Below are positions 1 to 8,367 of a stretch of 32,000 bases of DNA, one piece after another. Under the pieces are notes generated by a model. It was not told the DNA's origin. It saw only the letters and a list, made by a program, of their open reading frames with translations, and searched no databases. The DNA lies in the NCBI GenBank assembly GCA_030604855.1, contig JAUVVC010000008.1:1-32000 (forward strand). Reading direction: 5' to 3'. This DNA is from Erysipelotrichaceae bacterium. Its GTDB lineage: Bacteria > Bacillota_I > Bacilli_A > Erysipelotrichales > Erysipelotrichaceae. Within the stretch, counting starts at the first letter, position 1. Each line of letters opens with the position of its first letter. The position numbers and the translations under genes are program-made.

Positions 1-1
1 T

Positions 2-100
2 GCTTATTTAAATGAGTATTTAAACTGGTTTAATGAACTCAGAATTAAGACAAAGTTTAGATGTAGTATTAACCAAAATAGAAAGAATCTTGGTTATTAA
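2..100 (+). mobile_element. 3' end of a transposase gene (DDE/rve integrase-core type, IS3-like), 5' part outside the window
   Basis: Frame 2 is open from the window edge and reads AYLNEYLNWFNELRIKTKFRCSINQNRKNLGY* (stop 98-100). The E-Y-[IL]-x-[WY]-[FY]-N-x-x-R-I-K pattern is what I recall for the C-terminus of IS3/IS150-type OrfB transposases. The IS terminus lies somewhere in 100-160 and I could not place it. Confidence 0.5.
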
Positions 101-240
101 AGTCCAACTTTATGTCCGCATGCCCCTACCTATAAGTATCATGTAGAATACTATATTAGTATACATGAATATTTGTTCAATTAAACATATATTATCAAAA
201 ATTTAGATTGAAAATAAATAATTAGAAAAGGAAATACATA

Positions 241-1428
241 ATGCGCTTCAAATTCACGATTATTGTTAGTCTATTATTAATTCTATTTGGGTTTACCAAT
301 GTGTCAGCCAGTGATAAACAAGTCAACTTATATTACTTCCATGCGGAAGGGTGTCCTACATGTGCACTTGAAACGACATATCTCGAAGAACTTACTTCGA
401 AGGATACGAATCTCGTACTACATAAGTATGAAATCGCATTTGATAAAGAAAATCAAAAGCTAAGTAAAGATGTTGGTGAACTCTTAAACCAACCGATTAA
501 CTCAACTCCAACCTTAATTATTGGACGAGAAGTAATAGTAGGATTTAAAGAAGGTTCAACTGAAAAGACCATTGAAGAAGCAATCACTTTCGTAAGAGAT
601 AACAATGTACGTGATGTTGTAGGTGAGATGTTAGGTATAGTAGAACCTGGACAAGGCGTAGATATTATTAATGAAGAATCTAAAGTCAATTTACCATTCT
701 TTGGGGAAGTTGATGCGAAGAGTGTATCGTTACCGTTATTAGCAATTGTATTGGGTGGATTAGATGGATTTAATCCATGTGCAATGTGGGTATTACTCCT
801 CTTAATCAGTATGTTATTCCATCTTGAAGAACAATGGAAAAAATGGTTCTTAGGGGGATTATTCCTACTAACAACCGCAATCATGTATTTCTTCTTTATG
901 TTGAGTTGGTTAAATATAACCATTCTATTCGGCACATTAGTTTATATCCGATGGTTAATTGGTGGTTTGAGTATTGGTGGAGGAATATTTAATATTCGTC
1001 GTTATACCCAAATGGAACCAGGATGTGAGATTGTTGATGAATCCAAACGTTTAAAAATCAGAGATCGTTTAAAAGCAATCTACTCGCAACCTGTATTCGC
1101 GCTTGCGGCAGTTGGGATTGTCGTACTTGCGGTTTCAGTTAACTTAGTTGAATTAATTTGTTCAGCTGGATTACCGGTATTATTTACACAAATATTAACC
1201 TTAAACGATTTAAGCAGTACGCAACACATTATGTATTTATTGTTATACTTAGCGATGTTTATGCTTGATGATGTTATTGTGTTTGTGATTGCGATGAAAA
1301 CTGCAGAACTTACTGGTATCTCTACGAAATATGCACGTAATGCACATTTAATCGGTGGGATATTAATGATACTACTTGGTATCTTGATGATCTTAAAACC
1401 CGCTTGGTTGTTGTTAAACTTTGGATAG
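241..1428 (+). CDS. Exported thioredoxin-fold domain (CPTC) fused to a DsbD/CcdA-like polytopic membrane domain; thiol-disulfide oxidoreductase candidate
   Basis: 395-aa ORF with an N-terminal signal-like segment (IIVSLLLILFGFTNVSA). Thioredoxin/glutaredoxin-type CxxC in YYFHAEGCPTCALE. The C-terminal half is about 6 hydrophobic helices with one Cys each in FNPCAMW and ELICSAGLP, as in the two-Cys DsbD/CcdA electron-transfer core. The SD-like AAAAGGA lies upstream. Confidence 0.6.
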   Translation: MRFKFTIIVSLLLILFGFTNVSASDKQVNLYYFHAEGCPTCALETTYLEELTSKDTNLVLHKYEIAFDKENQKLSKDVGELLNQPINSTPTLIIGREVIVGFKEGSTEKTIEEAITFVRDNNVRDVVGEMLGIVEPGQGVDIINEESKVNLPFFGEVDAKSVSLPLLAIVLGGLDGFNPCAMWVLLLLISMLFHLEEQWKKWFLGGLFLLTTAIMYFFFMLSWLNITILFGTLVYIRWLIGGLSIGGGIFNIRRYTQMEPGCEIVDESKRLKIRDRLKAIYSQPVFALAAVGIVVLAVSVNLVELICSAGLPVLFTQILTLNDLSSTQHIMYLLLYLAMFMLDDVIVFVIAMKTAELTGISTKYARNAHLIGGILMILLGILMILKPAWLLLNFG

Positions 1429-1518
1429 AACATTATAAATCATTAATTTAAGTTTAGTAAATTGCGATGAGAAGTCGTCTACTTTGATGATATTGGTTAA
1501 GTATTACTAACTATTTTA

Positions 1519-1587
1519 CCAAGTGATAAAAGTGCCACGCCTCACTTCCACCAATTTGGTGAACTAACCGCTGAGAAGCGGTTTTTG
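1519..1587 (+). repeat. Copy 1 of a 69-nt intergenic repeat ending in a Rho-independent terminator hairpin
   Basis: CCAAGTGATAAAAGTGCCACGCCTCACTTCCACCAATTTGGTGAACTAACCGCTGAGAAGCGGTTTTTG. Contains the palindrome CACCAA-T-TTGGTG and the hairpin AACCGC-TGAGAA-GCGGTT followed by a T-run. It starts 91 nt after the stop of the upstream gene. Confidence 0.85.
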
Positions 1588-1743
1588 TTTTAACTAATCT
1601 TACCAAGCACATATGTTAAAATTGGGAATATACTCAAATTAATGAAAACAAAAATAAACCGAAGGTAGAATTATAAAGTAAACCATCGGTCGGTTTCTTA
1701 TTTAATACAAACTATTTAATATTAAACATGAAAGGAGGAACTA

Positions 1744-2499
1744 ATGGATCCAATCAAAACAGGGAATGTAATTAAAGAAGCGAGGAAAAGATTGAATATG
1801 ACTCAAAGTGATCTTGCTTCAAAAATCTATATTTCGGACAAAGCTGTAAGTAAATGGGAAAGAGGTATTTGCTTTCCTGATATTACTGTTTTGATTCCAC
1901 TTACAGAAGCATTGAACATAAATCTCTATGAGATTATTGGAGGAGAAATTTTGAACGAAGAAAATAAAGATGAGATTCTAAAGGAAACGATTGAGTTTTC
2001 AAGCAATGAAATCAAGAAATCCAAGAGTAAATATTTGAGAATAATCTCGGTATTGGCAGCAGTATTTATTTTGATTATTGCTACTTATTATTTGGGGTTT
2101 ATACAAGAACATGTTGTTAAATATAGTGATGAAATAATAGAGGTTATCGTACCTGTGGATAGTGGTCTAGATATTCATATCAAAGGTATCAACTATAAAA
2201 ACGGGAATGCTGTACTTGTAAAAACTTCTGAGAACAACTATGACATTTATATAAATGTTACTCAAACAATTTCGTCGAGAATTCTACCAGACTTGGAAAA
2301 GGACGATAACTTTATTAGACTTGGTGGTGAAATTTGTGTTGATTACCAATCGAATAATGTTAGATTTTATGTGCCTGAAAATTCAGTGATTAACAACATT
2401 TACTATATTGAAAAAGGATTAAGTGAATTCGATACATTAGATGACAAACAGTTAATGAATATTGTTGATAAGAAATTAGTTTGGTCAAGAATCGACTAG
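1744..2499 (+). CDS. XRE-family helix-turn-helix regulator with a central transmembrane helix and an extracytoplasmic C-terminal domain
   Basis: N-terminus IKEARKRLNMTQSDLASKIYISDKAVSKWERG is a classic HTH_3/XRE motif. A hydrophobic helix (ISVLAAVFILIIATYYLGFI) follows at about residue 100. Strong SD AAAGGAGG sits 5 nt before the ATG. Confidence 0.75.
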   Translation: MDPIKTGNVIKEARKRLNMTQSDLASKIYISDKAVSKWERGICFPDITVLIPLTEALNINLYEIIGGEILNEENKDEILKETIEFSSNEIKKSKSKYLRIISVLAAVFILIIATYYLGFIQEHVVKYSDEIIEVIVPVDSGLDIHIKGINYKNGNAVLVKTSENNYDIYINVTQTISSRILPDLEKDDNFIRLGGEICVDYQSNNVRFYVPENSVINNIYYIEKGLSEFDTLDDKQLMNIVDKKLVWSRID

Positions 2500-2563
2500 A
2501 ATTTAAACAATTTAATATGATGTATTTTACTTATGATATTTCGTATAAAAATCATACAATTAC

Positions 2564-2599
2564 AAAAGGTTCGCAATAATATGAGAACCTTTTGCTTTT
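2564..2599 (+). terminator. Rho-independent terminator of the XRE-family gene
   Basis: AAAAGGTTC-loop-GAACCTTTT followed by GCTTTT (stem AGGTTC 2567-2572 pairs with GAACCT 2585-2590). Confidence 0.6.
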
Positions 2600-2603
2600 C
2601 TAA

Positions 2604-2681
2604 CCAAGTGATAAAAGTGCCACGCCTCACTTCCAGCAATTCCTGCAATTTGGTGAACTAACCACTGAAAAGCGATTTTTG
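2604..2681 (+). repeat. Copy 2 of the intergenic repeat (78 nt: a 9-nt internal duplication and a degraded hairpin)
   Basis: Identical to copy 1 over CCAAGTGATAAAAGTGCCACGCCTCACTTCCA. It then carries an extra GCAATTCCT, and the terminal hairpin is mutated in both arms (AACCAC...GCGATT). It starts 105 nt after the upstream stop codon. Confidence 0.8.
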
Positions 2682-2832
2682 TATATCTGAATATGATTTC
2701 ATCTTATTATCTAGTCTTCTAGATTTTCAAAACTTCTCAAAGATATTTAATTTAAACAGAAATTACAAGTACATTTTGATGTACAGTTCTCAATATAAAG
2801 CATATATTTAGTTGAAATATTATAATTTTGTT

Positions 2833-3420
2833 ATGGAAAACTCAGCACAAAATAATGATAATAATGAAGTAGTTTTTAGTGATGATGGGCTTGAATTAAG
2901 AGTGAATTTTGATACAGAAAAAGAAACATTTTGGTTATCACAAAAACAAATGTCAGAGCTATTTGAAACTGATCAATCTGTAATCTCAAGACATATAAAC
3001 AGTGCCTTTAGAGAAAAAGAATTAGAGAGAACGACTTCTATGCAAAAAATGCATAAAAGTAAAGCTTCAAGACCTGAGATGCTTTATAACTTGGATGTAG
3101 TAATATCTGTTGGCTACAGAGTTCACTCGAATCGAGGAGTTAGATTTAGAAAATGGGCAAATGGAGTATTGAAGGATTTTCTATTAAAGGGCTATGTTAT
3201 TAATCGAAACAAACTATCCACTCCTAATCTAACAGAAATTACGGAAATTCTGGATAATTATCGAAAATTTGATGGGGACTTACATTTAAGTGGAAATGAA
3301 CTTTTAGAGTTTATGATTGCTTATAATCGAAGTTTAACACTTTTAGATGATTATGATCATCAAAGCTTTGAATTACCGAATGGAAGTAAAGATGTATATA
3401 GAATAGAGTATAAAGAATGA
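2833..3420 (+). CDS. RhuM-family domain; N-terminal part of a RhuM-Fic/Doc gene interrupted by an in-frame TGA (3418-3420)
   Basis: WLSQKQMSELFETDQSVISRHI...YNLDVVISVGYRVHSNRGVRFRKWANGVLKDFLLKGYVINRNKL matches the RhuM signature as I recall it. The ATG at 2833 is preferred to the TTG at 2812. The reading frame continues unchanged after the TGA into the next ORF. Confidence 0.7.
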   Translation: MENSAQNNDNNEVVFSDDGLELRVNFDTEKETFWLSQKQMSELFETDQSVISRHINSAFREKELERTTSMQKMHKSKASRPEMLYNLDVVISVGYRVHSNRGVRFRKWANGVLKDFLLKGYVINRNKLSTPNLTEITEILDNYRKFDGDLHLSGNELLEFMIAYNRSLTLLDDYDHQSFELPNGSKDVYRIEYKE

Positions 3421-3432
3421 CTTGATATCGTA

Positions 3433-3792
3433 TTGAGAAGTAAATTTGCAGGTAAAAATGATAATTTTGCTAAGGAAAGAGATAAATCTTTTGATTCAAG
3501 TATATCCACAATTTACCAAACATATGATGGGAAAGAACTCTACCCAACACTAGAACAAAAAGCAGCAATGCTTCTATATCTAGTAACAAAGAATCATAGT
3601 TTCATTGATGGTAATAAGCGAATAGCTTCTACAGTATTTCTCTATTTTCTAGATCGTAATAAGAGTTTATTTGTTGATGGTAGAAAGAGAATATCAGATG
3701 AGACACTCGCAACCCTTACTATCTTATTTACAGCTTCTAACCCCAAAGATAAGGACATTATCATTAATCTCATTCTCGCGATTCTAAACTAA
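3433..3792 (+). CDS. Fic/Doc (death-on-curing-like) domain; C-terminal part of the same interrupted RhuM-Fic/Doc gene
   Basis: Fic core motif HxFxDGNKR is present as HSFIDGNKRIAS. Same frame as 2812-3420, separated only by the TGA plus four sense codons (LDIV). The track start is a TTG without an obvious SD, so independent translation is doubtful. The combined length of about 320 aa fits fused RhuM/Fic/DOC proteins. Confidence 0.7.
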   Translation: MRSKFAGKNDNFAKERDKSFDSSISTIYQTYDGKELYPTLEQKAAMLLYLVTKNHSFIDGNKRIASTVFLYFLDRNKSLFVDGRKRISDETLATLTILFTASNPKDKDIIINLILAILN

Positions 3793-3885
3793 GAGAATTG
3801 AATTTGAATTTCAGAGCACTTATAAACTTAAATTAAGAGTTTTATAAAAGTATAAGATTTAATCATACTATATTAGATAGTTTTT

Positions 3886-3954
3886 CCAAGTGATAAACAT
3901 GACACGCCTCACTTCGACCAATTTGGTGAACTAACCGCTGAAAAGCGGTTTTTG
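3886..3954 (+). repeat. Copy 3 of the 69-nt intergenic repeat with intact terminator hairpin
   Basis: CCAAGTGATAAACATGACACGCCTCACTTCGACCAATTTGGTGAACTAACCGCTGAAAAGCGGTTTTTG. By hand alignment 64 of 69 positions are identical to copy 1. It starts 94 nt after the upstream stop codon. Confidence 0.85.
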
Positions 3955-4089
3955 TTTGCTCTTTGAAGTGTATATCGAACAAACTTGATAATAGATGATA
4001 ATAAAATCAGATTAGTCTATTGCATAAAAGTGCGTAAATATGCAGAATAATGCAATTGAGAATGCAAATCGACAACTAGACTTAAACAG

Positions 4090-4127
4090 TACAAAATAAA
4101 TACCCTAGTCATAAAATGCACTAGGGT
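4090..4127 (-). terminator. Rho-independent terminator of tpl
   Basis: An 8-bp stem, ACCCTAGT (4102-4109) pairing with ACTAGGGT (4120-4127). On the minus strand it is followed by ATTTATTTTGT. Confidence 0.6.
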
Positions 4128-4166
4128 CTATGTATGATTTAGTTAATTAAAGATCTTAGAAGTTAA

Positions 4167-5552
<1,386 letters not shown>

Positions 5553-5560
5553 TTAAATTT

Positions 5561-5589
5561 ACTTTATCGATGATTGTAAGCGCTGTCAA
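5561..5589 (-). promoter_or_regulatory. Putative sigma-A promoter of tpl (TTGACA-17-TAAAGT)
   Basis: On the minus strand there is a perfect -35 TTGACA (5589-5584), a 17-nt spacer and a -10 TAAAGT (5566-5561). This lies about 20 nt upstream of the SD and ATG at 5540. Confidence 0.5.
5574..5588. promoter_or_regulatory. Catabolite-responsive element (cre, CcpA operator) overlapping the tpl promoter
   Basis: TTGTAAGCGCTGTCA satisfies every constrained position of both published cre consensus forms, WTGNAANCGNWNNCW and TGWAANCGNTNWCA. Confidence 0.7.
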
Positions 5590-5875
5590 TGAATCTTAAG
5601 GATGTAAATAATGATAGTAAAAGAAACAATATTTTATATTCTGTAAATATTCTCAGTAATGATTTCAATATATCCAAAGGTGCTCATTCTGCTCAACAAA
5701 CACAAAACTAGCATAGAAAGAATGATTTGAAAATTGAGCTCTTTCAATTATTCAGTTTCATAAGTAAGGTGGTGTGTACATTCAACCGAAGTTGTTCTTC
5801 TTTCTTAAGACCTTATCTAAAACAACTTAAAATGATATCATTGAACATAGAGAATACAGAATAACGGGAGTACTC

Positions 5876-6559
5876 ATGAAATATCTACTCGACACTGCAA
5901 ACATCGAAAGCATTCAGAAATACATTGCGATTTTACCCATCGATGGCATCACAAGCAATCCAAGCATCGTTAAACGAGAAGGAAGAGTTGATTTCTTCAA
6001 TCACTTTAAAACCATTCGTTCCATCATTGGCTTTGAACGATCCTTACATATTCAAGTCACTTCTCAAGACTGTGAAGGCATGTTGGATGACGCACAAGCA
6101 ATCTTAGATCATATCGATCAAAGTGTCTTCGTTAAACTTCCCGTAACGCTTGAAGGACTCAAAGCGATGAAAATACTGAAAGCTAAAGGCGTTCAAGTTA
6201 CAGCGACGGCAGTTTATTCCAAAGCACAAGCATTCTTAGCTTTAGAAGCTGGTGCAGATTATATCGCACCTTACTTCAATCGTATCCAGAACCTTGGAAA
6301 CGATCCCATGGATCTTATTCAGAGTCTCTCGATGATGATAGATAAGAATCAATATCCATGCAAGATCTTAGCTGCCAGCTTTAAATCAATGGACCAAGTA
6401 AGCGATGCTTTTGAAGCAGGGGCACACACTGCAACGATGAGCGTTGATCTGATTGTGGATGCGCTGAATCAAGCTGAAATCCATAAGGCTGTCGATGTCT
6501 TTGAACAAGATTGGGAGAGCATTTATGGCATAGGGATGAGAATAAAAAACTTAAAATGA
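5876..6559 (+). CDS. fsa: Fructose-6-phosphate aldolase / transaldolase-family class I aldolase (FsaA-like)
   Basis: 227 aa. MKYLLDTANIESI...GITSNPSIV, Schiff-base lysine context FVKLPVT, TATAVYSKAQAFLALEAGADYIAPYFNRI, ILAASFKS and FEQDWES closely parallel E. coli FsaA as I recall it. They are closer to FsaA than to B. subtilis Tal. Confidence 0.75.
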   Translation: MKYLLDTANIESIQKYIAILPIDGITSNPSIVKREGRVDFFNHFKTIRSIIGFERSLHIQVTSQDCEGMLDDAQAILDHIDQSVFVKLPVTLEGLKAMKILKAKGVQVTATAVYSKAQAFLALEAGADYIAPYFNRIQNLGNDPMDLIQSLSMMIDKNQYPCKILAASFKSMDQVSDAFEAGAHTATMSVDLIVDALNQAEIHKAVDVFEQDWESIYGIGMRIKNLK

Positions 6560-6627
6560 TTGATCATAAAGGTCTTAACCTCATTTTTTAAGAGGTAAGA
6601 CGGAAAACACAAGATCTCAATCAATTG

Positions 6628-6660
6628 AAAACCGCTTCTCAGCGGTTTTGGTTTATTTTT
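6628..6660. terminator. Bidirectional terminator between fsa (+) and ppk2 (-)
   Basis: AAAACCGC-TTCTCA-GCGGTTTT followed by GGTTTATTTTT, with an A-run on the other side. The core CCGCTTCTCAGCGG is the exact reverse complement of the hairpin core in repeat copy 1. It overlaps the last codons of ppk2. Confidence 0.7.
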
Positions 6661-7516
6661 CATTTATAAGCAAATCTCTAATCTCCGCAAGCTTCTGTTT
6701 TTGCGCTTCACTTACTTCAGGAAACTTAGGATCGATGGACTCTAAGGTACTCACAATAATCTCCGCTATGACAGCACGTGCAAACCACTTCTTATCCGAA
6801 GGAATGACATACCAAGGGCAATCCTGTGTGGAAGTCGCATTGATCGCATCTTCGTAAGCTTCCATGTATTGGTCCCAATAACCACGCTCCACCACATCTC
6901 CTTCACTGAATTTCCAGTTCTTTGCAGGATCATCAATCCGTTGTAAGAATTGTTTTTTCTGTTCGTCTTTAGAGATGTTTAAAAAGATCTTAATCACGCG
7001 AAACCCATTCTGATGCAAATGTTTCTCATAATTCTTTATTTGTTCATAACGATCTTCAAAGATATCTTTCGTTAAGACTCTTTCAGGAAGGGCAACTTTC
7101 TTATGTAAATCATGCACCTTCACAACCAATACATCTTCATAGTAGGAACGATTAAAAATAGTGATCATGCCTCGTTGAGGGGCAGCCTTCATTGCTCTCC
7201 ATAAATAATCATGCGCTAATTCTTCTGACGAAGGAACCTTGAAATTATGAACCGTAATCCCTGCAGGATTAACACCACTCATGACATATTTTACGGCTCC
7301 ATCTTTACCAGCCGCATCCATGGCTTGAAAGATGATGAGAACACCTTCTTTACCCTCGGCATAAAGACGATCTTGAAGACTTTGCAAATCCATGATGTGG
7401 TCTTCACGTAAGTCTTCAGCTTCTGCTCGATCTTTAAACTTGCCATCTTGATTCGTGTCAAAGTCTTTAATCTTAAATTTCTTACTTCCATCAAAACGGA
7501 AATCATTGATATTCAT
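6653..7516 (-). CDS. ppk2: Polyphosphate kinase 2 family protein (polyphosphate:nucleotide phosphotransferase)
   Basis: 287 aa. Walker-A-like QAMDAAGKDG, then VHNFKVPSSEELAHDYLWR and IFNRSYYEDV are the PPK2 motifs. SD GGAGGAA lies before the ATG. Confidence 0.8.
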   Translation of the reverse strand: MNINDFRFDGSKKFKIKDFDTNQDGKFKDRAEAEDLREDHIMDLQSLQDRLYAEGKEGVLIIFQAMDAAGKDGAVKYVMSGVNPAGITVHNFKVPSSEELAHDYLWRAMKAAPQRGMITIFNRSYYEDVLVVKVHDLHKKVALPERVLTKDIFEDRYEQIKNYEKHLHQNGFRVIKIFLNISKDEQKKQFLQRIDDPAKNWKFSEGDVVERGYWDQYMEAYEDAINATSTQDCPWYVIPSDKKWFARAVIAEIIVSTLESIDPKFPEVSEAQKQKLAEIRDLLINEK

Positions 7517-7623
7517 TATAATTCCTCCACTTGTTTAAATAAGTAGTCTTAGTTGTTTTCATTATAACATTATTAATGAATGAGATTAGTTTCACAATTG
7601 TCGGAAGATTATAATCAAATAAG

Positions 7624-7649
7624 ATTATAAAAAACCGCTGAGATGCGGT
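7624..7649 (-). terminator. Rho-independent terminator of the 8344-7711 two-gene unit
   Basis: Minus strand reads ACCGC-ATCTCA-GCGGT followed by TTTTTTAT. The core differs from the repeat hairpin core by one loop base. Confidence 0.6.
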
Positions 7650-7710
7650 AATTACTTACGTTATGTATAGTGCTGGAATCAAAAATAGGGATAGTATAAA
7701 AATGAATGAA

Positions 7711-8034
7711 TCAATCCAAATCTTGAATCGTCATACGACTGATTTCTTGATTTGGAGCGTTATTTTTATGAGCTTTCATATAAATGATAAAGAAGACTGC
7801 AGTGGGCAAGTAGAGAATTATAGTAAGCAGAAAAACCCTAGTCAAATTGTTGGCGAGACTGTTCACTAATAGGAGAAAAGCAATAAATGTAGCATTGATA
7901 GCCGACACTACCGGCAAAATCAGACCTGGCCAAGCTTGTTTCATTTTGGAAAGGTAAATCTGCAGTACGATCATTATCGCAATTGGAATCGTAGCTAAAA
8001 ATGGAATCACTATCATTGAAAGTACTGTTTTCAT
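7711..8034 (-). CDS. Small integral membrane protein (3 predicted helices), function unknown
   Basis: 107-aa hydrophobic ORF. Its ATG lies 1 nt after the stop of the upstream gene, which suggests coupling. The overlapping plus-strand ORF 7663-7869 was judged a shadow ORF. Confidence 0.55.
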   Translation of the reverse strand: MKTVLSMIVIPFLATIPIAIMIVLQIYLSKMKQAWPGLILPVVSAINATFIAFLLLVNSLANNLTRVFLLTIILYLPTAVFFIIYMKAHKNNAPNQEISRMTIQDLD

Positions 8035-8035
8035 A

Positions 8036-8344
8036 CTAAATCATGTCCTTCTTGTTCTTTTTATACTCGGAAATTAATAGCTTCGCCGTCTCAAAATCAA
8101 TTTTCTCATTGACCGCAAGTTGCTTAATTAAGGCAACATAGGGTTCACTATAGGATTGTTCACTAATGTGTATTCTCTGTATCAATCGATCAAGTCTCAA
8201 ACGAACGGTAGGATATGTAACAGAATAAATGTTCGCAAGCTCTTTTAAGGACCCCGAAGCAAGTAAAAATTTCTTTATAAAAGAAACATCTTCATCGTCT
8301 AAATTCGTCATCCACTCTGGTAAAATATTGATTGGCATTCTCAT
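8036..8344 (-). CDS. DUF2089-like helix-turn-helix protein (no zinc ribbon), putative regulator
   Basis: LDDEDVSFIKKFLLASGSLKELANIYSVTYPTVRLRLDRLIQRI resembles the C-terminal HTH of DUF2089 proteins (...G.LKE....ISYPTVR.RLD...). Confidence 0.5.
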   Translation of the reverse strand: MRMPINILPEWMTNLDDEDVSFIKKFLLASGSLKELANIYSVTYPTVRLRLDRLIQRIHISEQSYSEPYVALIKQLAVNEKIDFETAKLLISEYKKNKKDMI

Positions 8345-8367
8345 TACCTTTAATAAAATTAAAGGTA
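8345..8367. promoter_or_regulatory. Perfect 10+3+10 palindrome abutting the start codon of the DUF2089-like gene; candidate operator or RBS-sequestering hairpin
   Basis: TACCTTTAAT-AAA-ATTAAAGGTA begins at the nucleotide next to the ATG (8344-8342, minus strand). Confidence 0.45.

Noticed and set aside
100-160. Exact right end (inverted repeat) of the IS3-like element
   Set aside because: Candidate ...CA ends exist at 120 and 141, and the segment contains a GTCCAAC motif reminiscent of IS150-group ends. Without the left end for comparison, the boundary cannot be fixed.
453-1433. Antisense ORFs 453-935 and 1080-1433. Similar antisense or alternate-frame ORFs occur at 4517-4726, 5925-6107, 6648-6857, 7291-7506, 9196-9444, 10557-10886, 12357-12542, 13267-13767, 15139-15648, 16793-17154, 18969-19169, 19630-19923, 20778-21035, 21376-21618, 22143-22505, 24351-24539, 24883-25233, 25661-25912, 25968-26165, 27746-29158, 29362-29769 and 31024-31875.
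   Set aside because: All lie inside longer ORFs with recognisable family motifs. They lack SD sequences, and their translations are low-complexity or compositionally odd. They are treated as shadow ORFs.
1501-1593. The 69-nt repeats as conserved short coding sequences. The plus-strand frame reads PSDKSATPHFHQFGELTAEKRFLF*, and the copy 2 indel is a multiple of three.
   Set aside because: In all three copies a stop codon lies 0-6 codons upstream of the conserved part in that frame, and there is no ATG/GTG/TTG or SD. A minus-strand 33-codon ORF exists only in copy 1. Conservation begins abruptly at CCAAGTG and ends at the terminator, which fits a non-coding element.
3418-3420. The in-frame TGA in the RhuM-Fic/Doc gene read as a recoding event (genetic code 4 Trp, or selenocysteine)
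   Set aside because: TGA clearly terminates several well-supported genes in this window: fsa 6557-6559, Gfo paralogues at 15224-15226 and 17639-17641, GNAT 18565-18567, flavin reductase 26584-26586 and DUF1538 29220-22. I see no convincing hairpin immediately downstream that would serve as a SECIS. A nonsense mutation is the simpler reading.
1744-3792. XRE-TM regulator plus RhuM-Fic/Doc as a toxin-antitoxin or phage-defence module
   Set aside because: The genes are separated by more than 300 nt with their own terminators and repeat copies. The Fic gene is disrupted, and no partner typical of known defence systems is present. The evidence does not go beyond accessory-genome context.
6572-6601. 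Hairpin GTCTTAACCTC...GAGGTAAGAC as the fsa terminator
   Set aside because: The stem is imperfect and not followed by a T-run on either strand. The adjacent CCGC/GCGG hairpin at 6628-6649, which has T-runs, is the better terminator. The first structure may be incidental.
7663-7869. Plus-strand 68-aa ORF overlapping the small membrane-protein gene
   Set aside because: The minus-strand ORF 7711-8034 is longer, is hydrophobic in a helix-periodic way, is start/stop-coupled to the upstream HTH gene and is followed by a terminator on its strand. The plus-strand ORF has no such support.
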